The translations under genes were made by a program, and so were the position numbers. The notes below the pieces were generated by a model. The model saw only the letters and a list, made by a program, of their open reading frames with translations, did no database searches and was not told the origin of the DNA. Below, one piece after another: positions 37,488-47,493 of a stretch of 64,000 nt of DNA. The first letter of the stretch is position 1. Every line of letters begins with the position of its first letter. The DNA comes from Armatimonadota bacterium (GTDB taxonomy: Bacteria > Armatimonadota > HRBIN16): positions 3,232,001-3,296,000 of the forward strand of contig OY781964.1 of assembly GCA_963677485.1 (NCBI GenBank). The letters run 5' to 3'.

Positions 37488-39935
37488 ATGAAACAGTCCC
37501 TTAATGGTGCCTGGCAGTTAACAGGTGATCGGTTACACGCGCCGGTGAAGGCTGTGGTTCCGGGCGGTGTTCATGTCGACCTGATGGCGGCGGGTGTTAT
37601 TCCCGACAGCTTCGTCGGTGACAACGAATACCGTGTCGCCTGGGTGCATGAAGCCGACTGGAGTTACAGTCGCAAGTTTGATCTGCCGCCAAATGCCGGT
37701 TTACGTGACCCCGCCTGGCTGGTGTTTGACGGTCTAGATACCTTCGCCGCCATCAGACTGAATGGTGAACAACTGGCCGAAACCAACAATATGCATGTGC
37801 AGTATCGTGTTGAAGTAACAGCGAAACTCAAAGCCACGGACAATCTTCTTGAGGTGGTCTTTACATCTCCTGTGAAAGCGGTAGCTGAGGACATGGCACG
37901 CGACCCGCTGGATGCACCCGGCCCCGATATGTGCATACAGGGCATGATCTACGCGCGTAAGGCGATGTGCCACTGGGGCTGGGACTGGGGTCCAAAGAAC
38001 CCGACCAGCGGCATCTGGCGCGATGTCTATCTGGAGACCGCTTCGGTCGCGCGGATCGCGGAGATGACACTCGACCAAAAACACATCGATGGCAAGGTGT
38101 CACTGAGCTGTCGGGCATCGATCGAGCGTTTCTCCCAGGAACCCGTGAAGCTGCTTCTGGTCTGCACTCACCCTGACGGCTCTGAGCAGACATACGAGAC
38201 CAGCGTGACGGGTAACGAGTGGCTGGCTGAGTTCGAGGTCAATGACCCTCAGCTTTGGTGGCCCAACGGGTATGGTGAGCAGCCGCTGTATCAACTGTCG
38301 CTTTGTCTACTGCATGACACCCATGTGATTGACGGCGTGAATAAGCAGATCGGGCTGCGCACTTTGGAGCTGGACCGCACGCCGGACGAGTGGGGCGCAC
38401 GCTTTATGGTGCTGGTGAATGGTCGGCCGATTTGGGGTAAAGGCGGCGACTGGATACCCAGCGACCAGTATCCCACCCGTGTCACCCGCAAGCATTTGGA
38501 GTACCTGCTGTGGAGTGCGAAAGAGTCGAACTTCAACATGCTGCGCTGCTGGGGCGGCGCCTACTATGAGGATGAGGCATTCTATGACCTGTGCGACGAA
38601 TTCGGTTTGCTGGTGTGGCAGGACTTCATGTTTGCCTGTGGGCAGTATCCCACCGATCCTGCGTTCCTGGCCAATGTGAAGAACGAGGCGGAGCAGGTGG
38701 TAAGCCGCCTGCGCCACCGTGCTTGTCTGGCGTTATGGTGTGGCAACAACGAGCAGGAGTGGATGCTGTGGCAAGGCTTTGGCGGCAAACGCTGTGCTGA
38801 GTTTAAGCTGGAATATCCCAAAATCTACCACGATGTTCTTCCTGAGGTGTGCAGGCGTCTCGACCCTGAGCGTCCTTACTGGCCTGCTTCTCCGCACAGT
38901 GAGGGTGAGCTTTATGAAGACCCCAACGGAGAGGCATCTGGCGATGCGCATTACTGGGAGGTGTGGCACGGTAAGAAGCCGTTCTCGGATTACCGCAACC
39001 ACTACTTCCGGTTTATGAGTGAGTTCGGATTTGAGTCCTTCCCAGATATCGAGACCGTGCGCAGCTTCGCCAAGCCAGAGGAAGAAAACCCGCTGAGCTA
39101 TGTGATGGAGTGCCATCAGAAGAATTCGGCAGGCAACGGGTTGATCCTGCACTACCTGGCTCAGACCTTCCAGTATCCTTACCGGTTTGATGACCTTTGC
39201 TATGTCAGTCAGCTACTGCAGGCCGAAGCGATGCGCTACGGCGTGGAGCACTGGCGACGCAACCGCAACGGCTATCGCTGCATGGGCGCCACCTATTGGC
39301 AGTTCAACGACATTTGGCCTGTGGCAAGCTGGGCGAGCGTGGACTACTATGGCCGCTGGAAGGCGCTGCAGTATATCGCCAAAAGGTTCTTCCAACCGGT
39401 GGGCTTGAGTATCTGTGAGCAAGGCACCAGTGCCAGCATCCACGTGACGAATGACACCAGCAATGAGATTATCGGCAAGCTGCGCTGGTGGCTGGAGAAC
39501 ACAGATGGCCAGCCAGTGGCTTGCGGAACGCAGGACGTCATCGCAGCCCCTGAGTGTAACACCGAGCTGGTGGGCCGCGACTTCGTCGCTGAGCTGCAGG
39601 GAGACGCACGCCGCAGCGTGATGCTGTTTGCGGAGCTGCTGGTGGATGAGCAGGTCGTCAGTCGGGCTGCGGTGGCCTTCGTGCCCTGCAAGCATCTGGA
39701 GCTGCGCGATCCTGGTTTGAGTGTGCGCATCGAGGGTGAGCAGCTAGTGGTCACCGCCCAACGTGCTGCGCGGTTTGTGTGGCTGCGGATACCTGGCAAG
39801 AATCTGGTGTTTGACGACAACTACTTCGACATCTCGGCTGGTGAGCAGCGGGTGATCTCTGTGCTTCGGGCTGACGAGGATTATGATCTGGGGCAGGTTG
39901 AGCTGCGCTCGTTGTGGGACAGCTACCAGCCGTAA
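37488..39935 (+). CDS. GH2 beta-mannosidase (cytoplasmic)
   Basis: FDGLDT, WGWDWGP, LWWPNGYG, RCWGGAYYE, WQDFMFAC, WCGNNE, SEFG, YWQFNDIWP; AGGAG RBS. Confidence 0.95.
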   Translation: MKQSLNGAWQLTGDRLHAPVKAVVPGGVHVDLMAAGVIPDSFVGDNEYRVAWVHEADWSYSRKFDLPPNAGLRDPAWLVFDGLDTFAAIRLNGEQLAETNNMHVQYRVEVTAKLKATDNLLEVVFTSPVKAVAEDMARDPLDAPGPDMCIQGMIYARKAMCHWGWDWGPKNPTSGIWRDVYLETASVARIAEMTLDQKHIDGKVSLSCRASIERFSQEPVKLLLVCTHPDGSEQTYETSVTGNEWLAEFEVNDPQLWWPNGYGEQPLYQLSLCLLHDTHVIDGVNKQIGLRTLELDRTPDEWGARFMVLVNGRPIWGKGGDWIPSDQYPTRVTRKHLEYLLWSAKESNFNMLRCWGGAYYEDEAFYDLCDEFGLLVWQDFMFACGQYPTDPAFLANVKNEAEQVVSRLRHRACLALWCGNNEQEWMLWQGFGGKRCAEFKLEYPKIYHDVLPEVCRRLDPERPYWPASPHSEGELYEDPNGEASGDAHYWEVWHGKKPFSDYRNHYFRFMSEFGFESFPDIETVRSFAKPEEENPLSYVMECHQKNSAGNGLILHYLAQTFQYPYRFDDLCYVSQLLQAEAMRYGVEHWRRNRNGYRCMGATYWQFNDIWPVASWASVDYYGRWKALQYIAKRFFQPVGLSICEQGTSASIHVTNDTSNEIIGKLRWWLENTDGQPVACGTQDVIAAPECNTELVGRDFVAELQGDARRSVMLFAELLVDEQVVSRAAVAFVPCKHLELRDPGLSVRIEGEQLVVTAQRAARFVWLRIPGKNLVFDDNYFDISAGEQRVISVLRADEDYDLGQVELRSLWDSYQP

Positions 39936-39955
39936 GCGTCCTGGCGAGTAACATA

Positions 39956-40630
39956 TTGCCTATGTCCGGGGCGGTCTGGCAGTTGGCCAGCGGTAGCGGA
40001 GAGCTCAAGACCGCGCCGGTCTGGCGGATAGCCGGGTAGCCCTTGTCCCGCATGGATCAAGACCGGCGCGGTGGGGAAAACTATCCGGACGTTGGTCATT
40101 GCCTATGTCCGGGGCGGTCTGGCAGTAGGCTAGCGGTGGCGGAGGGCTTAAGACCGCGCCGGTCTGGCGGATAGCCGGGTAGCGCTTGTCCCGCATGGAT
40201 CAAGAGCGGCGCGGTTAGGAGAAAACCGCCCCGGACATCGGAAATTGGTGGTTTTTAATGGACATTAATGCCTATGACCGGGGCGGTCTGGCAGTTGGCT
40301 AGCGGTGGCGGAGAGCTCAAGACCGCGCCGGTCTGGCGGATAGCCGGGTAGCGCTTGTCTCGCATGTATCAAGACCGGCGCGGTTAGGAGCAAACCGCCC
40401 CGGACTTAGGCGAATGAAGACCGGCGGAGTAAGGAAAACCACCCGGACGTTGGTAGTTGCCTGTGTCCGGGGCGGTCTGGCAGTAAGCTAGCGGCTGTAG
40501 AATGCTCAAGACCGCGCCGGTCTGGCGGATAGCCGGGTAGCGCTTGTCCCGCATGGATCAAGACCGGCGCGGTTAGGAGAAAACCGCCCCGGACTTAGGC
40601 GAATGAAAACCGCCCCGGACTTGGGCAACA
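39956..40630. repeat. Four tandem REP/BIME-like units, family C (opposite orientation to most of the 33.5-kb cluster)
   Basis: gcctatgtccggggcggtctggcag...aagaccgcgccggtctggcggatagccgggtagc...tcaagaccggcgcggt...aaaaccgccccggac, starting at about 39956, 40099, 40269 and 40457. Confidence 0.93.
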
Positions 40631-40651
40631 CTGTTGGTCATCGGCCTGACC

Positions 40652-41314
40652 TTACAACTCCAGGTGGCCGTCATGCATGTGGTACATGGTGTCGCACTCT
40701 CTCAGCATGGCGGGATCGTGCGATACGACCAGCACCGCGCCACGGGACCGATATCCTGCGATCAGCTTCATCACTGCCTCACCGTTGGTGCGGTCCAGGG
40801 AGGCGGTGGGCTCATCTGCGAATAGTATGTCGGGCTGGTGTGCCGTGGCTCGCGCGACGCAGACCCTCTGCTTCTCACCACCGGATAGCTTATAGGGCCG
40901 CCTGGACTCCAAGTGATGGAGGCCTAACTGCTGCATCACCTCATGCGCCTGCATGACAGATTGCGCACCACCGCATGGTGCGGCCAGAAGCACATTCTCC
41001 AGCGCACTCAGGTAGGTCATGAGGTATGGCTGCTGGAAAACAAACCCGAAGTCACGCAAACGCAGCCCCATCAACTTGGGTTCTGGCAGCATATGCATGT
41101 CGGTGTCTTGGTAGATCACCGTGCCCTCGGTGGGCCGCTTCAGGCCAGACAGCAGATACAGCAGGCTGCTTTTGCCGCTTCCGGACGGGCCCATCACGCC
41201 CACGAATTCGCCCTTGTGAATCTTGATATCGACATGGTCGACCGCGAAAGTCTTTTCTGTGCCTTCTTGATACAAAAGGCTGAGCTGTTGTCCCTGCAGG
41301 ATTACCTCTGGCAT
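40652..41314 (-). CDS. ABC transporter ATP-binding protein (LolD/MacB-like)
   Basis: GPSGSGKS, LSGGEKQRV, ADEPT, SHD. Confidence 0.95.
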   Translation of the reverse strand: MPEVILQGQQLSLLYQEGTEKTFAVDHVDIKIHKGEFVGVMGPSGSGKSSLLYLLSGLKRPTEGTVIYQDTDMHMLPEPKLMGLRLRDFGFVFQQPYLMTYLSALENVLLAAPCGGAQSVMQAHEVMQQLGLHHLESRRPYKLSGGEKQRVCVARATAHQPDILFADEPTASLDRTNGEAVMKLIAGYRSRGAVLVVSHDPAMLRECDTMYHMHDGHLEL

Positions 41315-41317
41315 CGC

Positions 41318-42457
41318 CTACAGCTTCCTTTCGATGATGGCCACAGGATCGAAGCTCAGCAGGCGGCTGCCCGCGGTGATGGAGGCGAAGGCCAGTACCG
41401 TCAGGGGCAGCGGCAGGGTATAGGCGTAACTGCCGATGTCATATGGATTTAGCAGCAGCCCACGCGGCGCAAATACCAGTTGATTTAGAAGGTTCAGCAA
41501 CGCGATGGTCAGAACAGCTCCCAGTGCCCAGCCACCTACCACCATCAGGCTGGTTTCGCGCACGATCCTGGCCAGCAGACGTCTGCGCGTGTATCCCATG
41601 GCGGTCAGCAGGGCGAATTCGGGCAGCCTTTGGGTGAAATAGATGTTGCTGAGAAGCCCCATCATGATGGCCAGCACGAAAACCACAACAGTAACGACCA
41701 CCTTCATGATGAGGTAGAGGTTCTCCAGCGATTCGCGTAGCTCCTTCACTAGCATCCCGAAGGTGAACATCCGCACCTGAGTGGGGTCAAGGGATTTCTT
41801 GTTTTTTGCATCTAGTGCGGTTTGCGTTTTGATGCTGCCAGAGGTGAGCATGCTGCTCTCCATGGCCGGAAAATAGTGTTCGGCCACAAACTCATAGCTT
41901 GTGACCGCAAACCAGTTTTCGCCATCCAGCAGACCCACCAGTTTCACCGGCTTGGGCGAATAGGAGTCGGACTGATCTGGACTGAGCACCGTGTCGCCGA
42001 TCTTCACTCGCTTGTTCTTAGCTAACGCCACGGACAGCACGCACTCGGGTGCGTTCTGCTTTGGCATCCGGCCCTCTATCAGCCGCATACCGGTCAGTGT
42101 GAGGACCTTGGGCATATCTGCCTGCTTTAGTCCGAACAGCACGAACGGAAACTTGCCGAAGATGCTGCGGATGGTGGTGAAGGCGGGTCGGAACGCTACC
42201 TGCTGTTTGATTTCGGACATCATATAGAGTTGGCCTTGCACTTCCGGGGTCAGTTCCACGCCGTTGCGCGGGGTCACAATCGCGAAGTGACGGTTGTATC
42301 CATACACCGTGAGCACCGTCAGGTCAATGCTGCGTATGACCGTGATGACGGCACCGATCAGCACCACCGCCAGTGCGATCACCGCTGTGACAGGGGCGGT
42401 CCGGGCTAGATTGCGGCTGATGAACAGCCGTGCCGAGAGGGGGTTGAATGCCTTCAT
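41318..42457 (-). CDS. ABC transporter permease (FtsX/MacB-like)
   Basis: One N-terminal TM, large extracytoplasmic domain, QRLPEFALLTAMG followed by 3 TM. Confidence 0.9.
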   Translation of the reverse strand: MKAFNPLSARLFISRNLARTAPVTAVIALAVVLIGAVITVIRSIDLTVLTVYGYNRHFAIVTPRNGVELTPEVQGQLYMMSEIKQQVAFRPAFTTIRSIFGKFPFVLFGLKQADMPKVLTLTGMRLIEGRMPKQNAPECVLSVALAKNKRVKIGDTVLSPDQSDSYSPKPVKLVGLLDGENWFAVTSYEFVAEHYFPAMESSMLTSGSIKTQTALDAKNKKSLDPTQVRMFTFGMLVKELRESLENLYLIMKVVVTVVVFVLAIMMGLLSNIYFTQRLPEFALLTAMGYTRRRLLARIVRETSLMVVGGWALGAVLTIALLNLLNQLVFAPRGLLLNPYDIGSYAYTLPLPLTVLAFASITAGSRLLSFDPVAIIERKL

Positions 42458-42692
42458 GAATACATTTTACCTGATGGCTATATGTTGGGATAGCAGTGGA
42501 TTTTGGGTGGGGGATATCCGTGGCCCGTTGGTTTAAGCTGGGCTCGTGATTCACTGATTCCGCGACATAAATGTCGCGGAATATGGTCATTGAAGCCAAT
42601 CCCAAGTTGTGGGTTATATCTGGGATGCCGAATAGTGATATCCCGTGCCCTAATAACGGCCCCCTGTAGTGTGTATCTACAACAGAGGGCTG

Positions 42693-44111
42693 CTATTTAC
42701 TCAGAAGCAGCTCCCCATCAACCAGCCCGACTCCCATGGCCTCAGCGGCGATGCGGGTATGATCGTCAAAGCCCGCCAGCGAATAGAGCAGGTAATGGCA
42801 GTTCAGCTTCTCGTCAGCCGGATGGGCCGCCACCCATGCGGCACGTTTGGCTAGCAGTGACTGCAGAACAGCGACACCGATCGGCTTGGATGACCATTTG
42901 CACTCTGCCAGAAGCAGACTGCGGTCCTCCAAGTGCCCCACGATGTCGATCTCATGGGTTCCGTCACGCTCCCAGTATCGGCCGCATGTTTTCACCGGTG
43001 ACGGCAGGGTGTGATGCCCCTCAATCATCAGGTGCTGTTTGCAGATACCCTCAAAGACGAATTTGCCCATATAACCGTTCAGCATCGGCTCGATACGGCT
43101 GCGATAGATGCCTTCTACCGGTTTCATGGCCAGTTCGCTACGGAACGGGTTCATGACATGGTAGTAAAACATCAGGAACGGGTCTGTGATCTTATACAGC
43201 CCCATTTTCTCCCTGGTATCGCCGTATGGGTATTCGCGGTTTATCCATTCCCACTCCAGAAGGTTGCGCAGCGTATACTGCATTCGGGCAACAGGGATAT
43301 CTGCCGCGCCGGAGATATCTGAGTTGCGGGTATGTCCTTGTGCCACGGCCCGGATGATGCTGTTATAGGCAGCAGCCTCGCGTGCTTGCGTAGAGGACAT
43401 CAACACCTCAGGTTCGTGGGTCAAGAAACCCATCGGGCTGAGCACTGTTTGAATGATGTTCTCATCCAACGGTAGTGAGACATCCATCAATGCATGGTAT
43501 CTTGGTGTGCCTCCCAGAATGCCATAGGCCAGCAGAATATCGCGGGATGAATACCCGCTTTCAGCATAGAACTCTGCCACTTGCCTGTAGTTCATGGGTG
43601 GCAATTGGTATGTGACGTTGAACCGGCCATACAACGGGTTACTTCCGCTCTCCAGCGCTGACATCATGCCTATGTGGGAACCACACAGCACGAGCATAAT
43701 CTTGCTTCGGATGCCATCCTTGTCCCACCATGCCTGGATTTGTGATGGGATGCTGGGGTCACTGCTGATGAGGTATTGAAACTCATCGAGCACCAGCCCC
43801 ACACGCCGCGTACTGGCAAGGTGTGACATAAACCTCAGGATGTTCGGCAGTGACGCCAGGTCTGACAGTGTATACCCTGAGTCAGGATCAAGCTCCAACA
43901 CTGTGTGCGCCAGATCCGCCAGGTTCTGACTTAACGAGGTGTCAGACGCCAGAAAGTAAGCATGAGGCTTATCATTCAGGAAGTGCTGCAGCAGGTATGT
44001 CTTGCCCATGCGTCTGCGTCCGTAAAGAAGCACGGACTGTGCATGTTTGTGGTCGTTCCACAGGCTTGACAGTTTCTCTAACTGCATAACTCGGTCAACA
44101 AATGGCAGCAT
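42693..44111 (-). CDS. Archaeal-type P-loop ATPase + winged helix + DUF234/PD-(D/E)XK nuclease-like protein
   Basis: FVDR, YGRRRMGKT, LDEFQY, LCGS, LGGTPRY, YKITDPF, EIDIV...AECKW; GGAGG RBS. Confidence 0.9.
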   Translation of the reverse strand: MLPFVDRVMQLEKLSSLWNDHKHAQSVLLYGRRRMGKTYLLQHFLNDKPHAYFLASDTSLSQNLADLAHTVLELDPDSGYTLSDLASLPNILRFMSHLASTRRVGLVLDEFQYLISSDPSIPSQIQAWWDKDGIRSKIMLVLCGSHIGMMSALESGSNPLYGRFNVTYQLPPMNYRQVAEFYAESGYSSRDILLAYGILGGTPRYHALMDVSLPLDENIIQTVLSPMGFLTHEPEVLMSSTQAREAAAYNSIIRAVAQGHTRNSDISGAADIPVARMQYTLRNLLEWEWINREYPYGDTREKMGLYKITDPFLMFYYHVMNPFRSELAMKPVEGIYRSRIEPMLNGYMGKFVFEGICKQHLMIEGHHTLPSPVKTCGRYWERDGTHEIDIVGHLEDRSLLLAECKWSSKPIGVAVLQSLLAKRAAWVAAHPADEKLNCHYLLYSLAGFDDHTRIAAEAMGVGLVDGELLLSK

Positions 44112-44149
44112 TTCCGCGCCTCCGTTCGAAATACGGGTAGTATCCCATC

Positions 44150-44260
44150 ATCATTATACCTCATTATTTAATATTAATTAATCATACTTAATATAAACAT
44201 ACTTATATAAAATATATTTAATATAAACATGTTTATATAATATATTCTATGTATATAAAC
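44150..44260. promoter_or_regulatory. Extremely AT-rich divergent promoter region with 30-bp tandem repeat and 18-bp palindrome
   Basis: ttaatataaacat at 44188 and 44218; perfect palindrome atataaacatgtttatat at 44221-44238. Confidence 0.7.
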
Positions 44261-44327
44261 AGCGGCACTGAGGGTCATCAGTCAGCGGTAGAATGTAATG
44301 GGAATGAAATCTAGTAGGAGAATGTTG

Positions 44328-45173
44328 ATGTTCAATAAATCCGGTTCCGAACTGTTCGTGCCCGATGGGCTGCCAGTGGAGCAAGCCTTAGTGCGATGTG
44401 ATCACCTGGCCATAGCTGCCCACCAGGATGACATAGAGATCATGGCGATTCACGGAATCCTGCAGTGCTTCGGTCGTGACGACCACTGGTTCTGCGGATG
44501 TGTCGTGACTGACGGGGCAGGCAGCCCGCGTGATGATCTCTATGCCAGCACCAGCGATGAGCAGATGAAGCAGATACGCAAGCAGGAGCAGCGCAAGGCG
44601 GCCATCGTGGGTGAGTATGGTGCACAAGCAGCGATGTGTTACTCCAGCGCAGAGACGAAGCACTCAGGTGACACCCCCGTAGTTGATGACCTGTACAAGC
44701 TGTTTATGGCCTCCAGTGCTCACACGGTCTATCTGCACAACCTAGCCGACAAGCACCCCACGCATGTGGCGACAGCACTCCGCGCCATCTGTGCGTTGCG
44801 TCGACTGCCGATGGAGCGTCGGCCCAAGCACCTTTACGGCTGTGAGGTGTGGCGAGACCTTGACTGGCTGGTGGATGAGCAGAAGGTTGCCCTGGATGTG
44901 AGCGGCCATGAAAGCCTGCAGGCGGCCCTTCTGGGTGTGTTCGACAGCCAGATATGCGGCGGCAAGCGATATGACCTGGCGGCCATGGGACGCCGACGCG
45001 CCCATGCTACTTATTATGCCAGCCACGGTGTCGATGCCAGCAGCCTGCTGACCTTCGCGATGGACCTCAGTCCGTTGATGGAGGATGACACCCTTTCTCC
45101 TCTGGCTTTGGTAGAGAAGTATATCGCCGCCTTCAGCTCCGATATCCGCGACCGCATGAGGGCGATGGGTTGA
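44328..45173 (+). CDS. PIG-L/LmbE-family N-acetylsugar deacetylase
   Basis: AAHQDDIE, VTDG, RKQEQ, DKHPTH; start trimmed to MFNKSG (AGGAG upstream). Confidence 0.9.
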   Translation: MFNKSGSELFVPDGLPVEQALVRCDHLAIAAHQDDIEIMAIHGILQCFGRDDHWFCGCVVTDGAGSPRDDLYASTSDEQMKQIRKQEQRKAAIVGEYGAQAAMCYSSAETKHSGDTPVVDDLYKLFMASSAHTVYLHNLADKHPTHVATALRAICALRRLPMERRPKHLYGCEVWRDLDWLVDEQKVALDVSGHESLQAALLGVFDSQICGGKRYDLAAMGRRRAHATYYASHGVDASSLLTFAMDLSPLMEDDTLSPLALVEKYIAAFSSDIRDRMRAMG

Positions 45174-45180
45174 GCAATCC

Positions 45181-45205
45181 GGTTGAGGTACCATGTGCCT
45201 CAACC
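45181..45205 (+). terminator. Hairpin after the deacetylase
   Basis: ggttgaggta-ccatg-tgcctcaacc. Confidence 0.5.
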
Positions 45206-45287
45206 GCTATATCATCGATAATTTGGATAAGCATATACTATTATATGTGCTATAATGTCTATATAATGCCCATTTCGGAGGTCATTC

Positions 45288-46172
45288 GTGTCTTCGGACT
45301 TTCCCGATATCATGCAGACTGAATACTTCCCCACAGCCGATGCCGATTACGAGCCCGTGGTGCGCGAGCCTGCGGGTCTTGAACCTGTGGCTTTGGGGGC
45401 CGCGCTGCTTGAAGTCGGGTTATGGATCAGCCGCACCAACGGACTGCCAGCCCCCGCAGGACTGCACAAGTCGATGGGGATATTGCAAGAATATGTCGAT
45501 ATGGATGGTCCTACGCTGCGCCGGTTGGAGATATTCGGGCAAGCCTTGCTGGCCACGCGTCCGGAAATTGACCATGTGGCCCGCCGCGTCAGCCGGCTGG
45601 TGGAGGCTGGGCATCAGCAATTAGTGGTCAAGTATGTGCGCAGGGTTTCTTCCTCGCAGCAGTGGCGCAGTGCCAGCATAGGAGCACCAAAACAGTCGGT
45701 GCATGTGCCGGTAACATTGGTCAAGGCCACTGGCATCTCATGGCAGGGTGAGGCGATACCGCAAGAGCCGATCGTGCCAAAGGCTCCGCCTAAGCCGCAG
45801 ATACACATTAATATGGCTCGCTTGGACGAGTTGAAGCAGCAAACCTCTGAAGTACAGAGCCTGCTGGCCCAGCATCTCGATTCCGAACATACGGATCACC
45901 ATGAGGCACCAGAACCCACACCGATCGTTGAAGCACAGCCACCTACGCCCGCACAACCAATTGGGCTGGTAGAGCAAGCCGTCGCCGCCCTGAAGGCGCA
46001 GCCGCTGTGGAGTGCCTCAGAGATAGCCGCACTGGCACGCCAGTTGGGCGTGTTCCCCGGCAAGCTGGTGGAAAGCGTGAACGCCTGGAGCAACGAGCTG
46101 TATGATGACGACTTTATATATGATGATGACCCCTACGAAATCCAATTGGGGCTGTTAGCGGAAGGAGCCTGA
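45288..46172 (+). CDS. Short TerB_C-domain protein
   Basis: INMARLDELKQQTSEVQSLLAQHL and LARQLGVFPGKLVESVNAWSNELYDD resemble TerB_C; GGAGG RBS; directly upstream of a DUF2791 ATPase. Confidence 0.7.
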   Translation: MSSDFPDIMQTEYFPTADADYEPVVREPAGLEPVALGAALLEVGLWISRTNGLPAPAGLHKSMGILQEYVDMDGPTLRRLEIFGQALLATRPEIDHVARRVSRLVEAGHQQLVVKYVRRVSSSQQWRSASIGAPKQSVHVPVTLVKATGISWQGEAIPQEPIVPKAPPKPQIHINMARLDELKQQTSEVQSLLAQHLDSEHTDHHEAPEPTPIVEAQPPTPAQPIGLVEQAVAALKAQPLWSASEIAALARQLGVFPGKLVESVNAWSNELYDDDFIYDDDPYEIQLGLLAEGA

Positions 46173-46173
46173 T

Positions 46174-47487
46174 ATGCCACCAGCCATCAAAACACGCGAA
46201 CGAGAAGCCATCCTGCAGTCACTGCGGGCTGGGGTGGTGCCGCGCGTCGGTCTGCACCATATTCAAGTGGGCCGTCTACAAGAGGTGCGTGCGGTGATGG
46301 CCGACCTGGAGCGTGTACAGCAGGGGGCCGCCGCGGTGAGGTTCATCATCGGACGCTTCGGTGCGGGCAAGAGCTTCTTCTTGAACTTGGTTCGTACCGT
46401 GGCATTGGAGATGAAATTCGTGGTGGCGCAGGCCGACATCACCCCGGACCGTCGTCTGCACGCCGGCAACGGTCAGGCGCGCGGTCTGTATGCGCAGCTC
46501 ATGGCCGGGCTTTGCGCCGGCAGCCGCCGTGATGGCGGGGCACTGGCCAGCGTGGTGGAGTGCTTCGTCTCGGACATCCATTTTACCCTCACGCAGTCGG
46601 GTGCAGATGAATCTCTGCTGCCCCAGAAGATCGCACAGGAACTCCGTCCCTTGCAGCAACTGGTCAGCGGGTATGACTTTTCGACGGCGATATCACGGTA
46701 TGCTGAGGGCTTTCTGAAGGGTAACGATGAGCTGATGCAGTCGGCACTACGCTGGTTGCGCGCGGAATACAGCACCAAGACAGAGGCGCGTGCCGATTTA
46801 GGCGTGCGCAGCATCATCGACGACGACAATATCTATGAGTATCTGAAGCTGTTCAGTGCGTTTGTCCGGCTGGCGGGATATAGCGGATTGGTGGTGAACC
46901 TGGACGAGATGGGGGTTCTCTCTCACCGCTTGAACAACTCGCAGGCACGCAACGCGAACTATGAGATGATCCTGCGGATGTTGAACGACTGCCTGCAGGG
47001 AGCTGTGAGCGGGTTGATGTTCTTGTTCGCCGGTACCGATGCTTTCCTTGATGACAGGCGCAGGGGGCTGGCCAGCTATGAGGCGCTCAGCAGCCGTCTG
47101 GCAGACAACAGCTTCGCGGGTGATGGTCTGACCGACCTCAGCGGGCCGGTGATTCGGCTTCCCAACCTCACCCCGGAGGACATGTATCTGCTGCTGCGCA
47201 ACATCCGGCACGTATACGCCTCCGGTGATGAGAGCCGCTATCTGGTGCCGGACGAGGCACTGGCTGCCTACCTCAATCACTGCGCTGCCCAATTGGGTGC
47301 CGAGTTCTACCACACACCCCGTGATGCCGTGAAAGGCTTCATCGGTCTGTTGTCGGTGCTGGAGCAAAACCCAGGCTCGGACTGGCAGTCCTTGCTGGGC
47401 AGTGTGAGTCTGGAGCCGATGCCCATCGATGAGCCACAGGCTCTGACCGATGACATGGATAACTCCCTCACCAGCTTCCGGCTGTAA
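46174..47487 (+). CDS. DUF2791 (BrxD-like) P-loop ATPase
   Basis: REAILQSLRAGVVPRVGL, GRFGAGKS, LRWLRAEY, GYSGLVVNLDE, SYEALSSRL, TPRDAVK. Confidence 0.88.
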   Translation: MPPAIKTREREAILQSLRAGVVPRVGLHHIQVGRLQEVRAVMADLERVQQGAAAVRFIIGRFGAGKSFFLNLVRTVALEMKFVVAQADITPDRRLHAGNGQARGLYAQLMAGLCAGSRRDGGALASVVECFVSDIHFTLTQSGADESLLPQKIAQELRPLQQLVSGYDFSTAISRYAEGFLKGNDELMQSALRWLRAEYSTKTEARADLGVRSIIDDDNIYEYLKLFSAFVRLAGYSGLVVNLDEMGVLSHRLNNSQARNANYEMILRMLNDCLQGAVSGLMFLFAGTDAFLDDRRRGLASYEALSSRLADNSFAGDGLTDLSGPVIRLPNLTPEDMYLLLRNIRHVYASGDESRYLVPDEALAAYLNHCAAQLGAEFYHTPRDAVKGFIGLLSVLEQNPGSDWQSLLGSVSLEPMPIDEPQALTDDMDNSLTSFRL

Positions 47488-47493
47488 CCATAG

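Noticed and set aside
39956-40630. CRISPR array (also considered for 2209-3008 and 33449-33880)
   Set aside because: Units are 140-300 bp, internally palindromic, with no unique spacers of constant length and no cas genes.
44150-44260. Replication origin unwinding element
   Set aside because: No DnaA boxes or rep/dnaA gene seen nearby.
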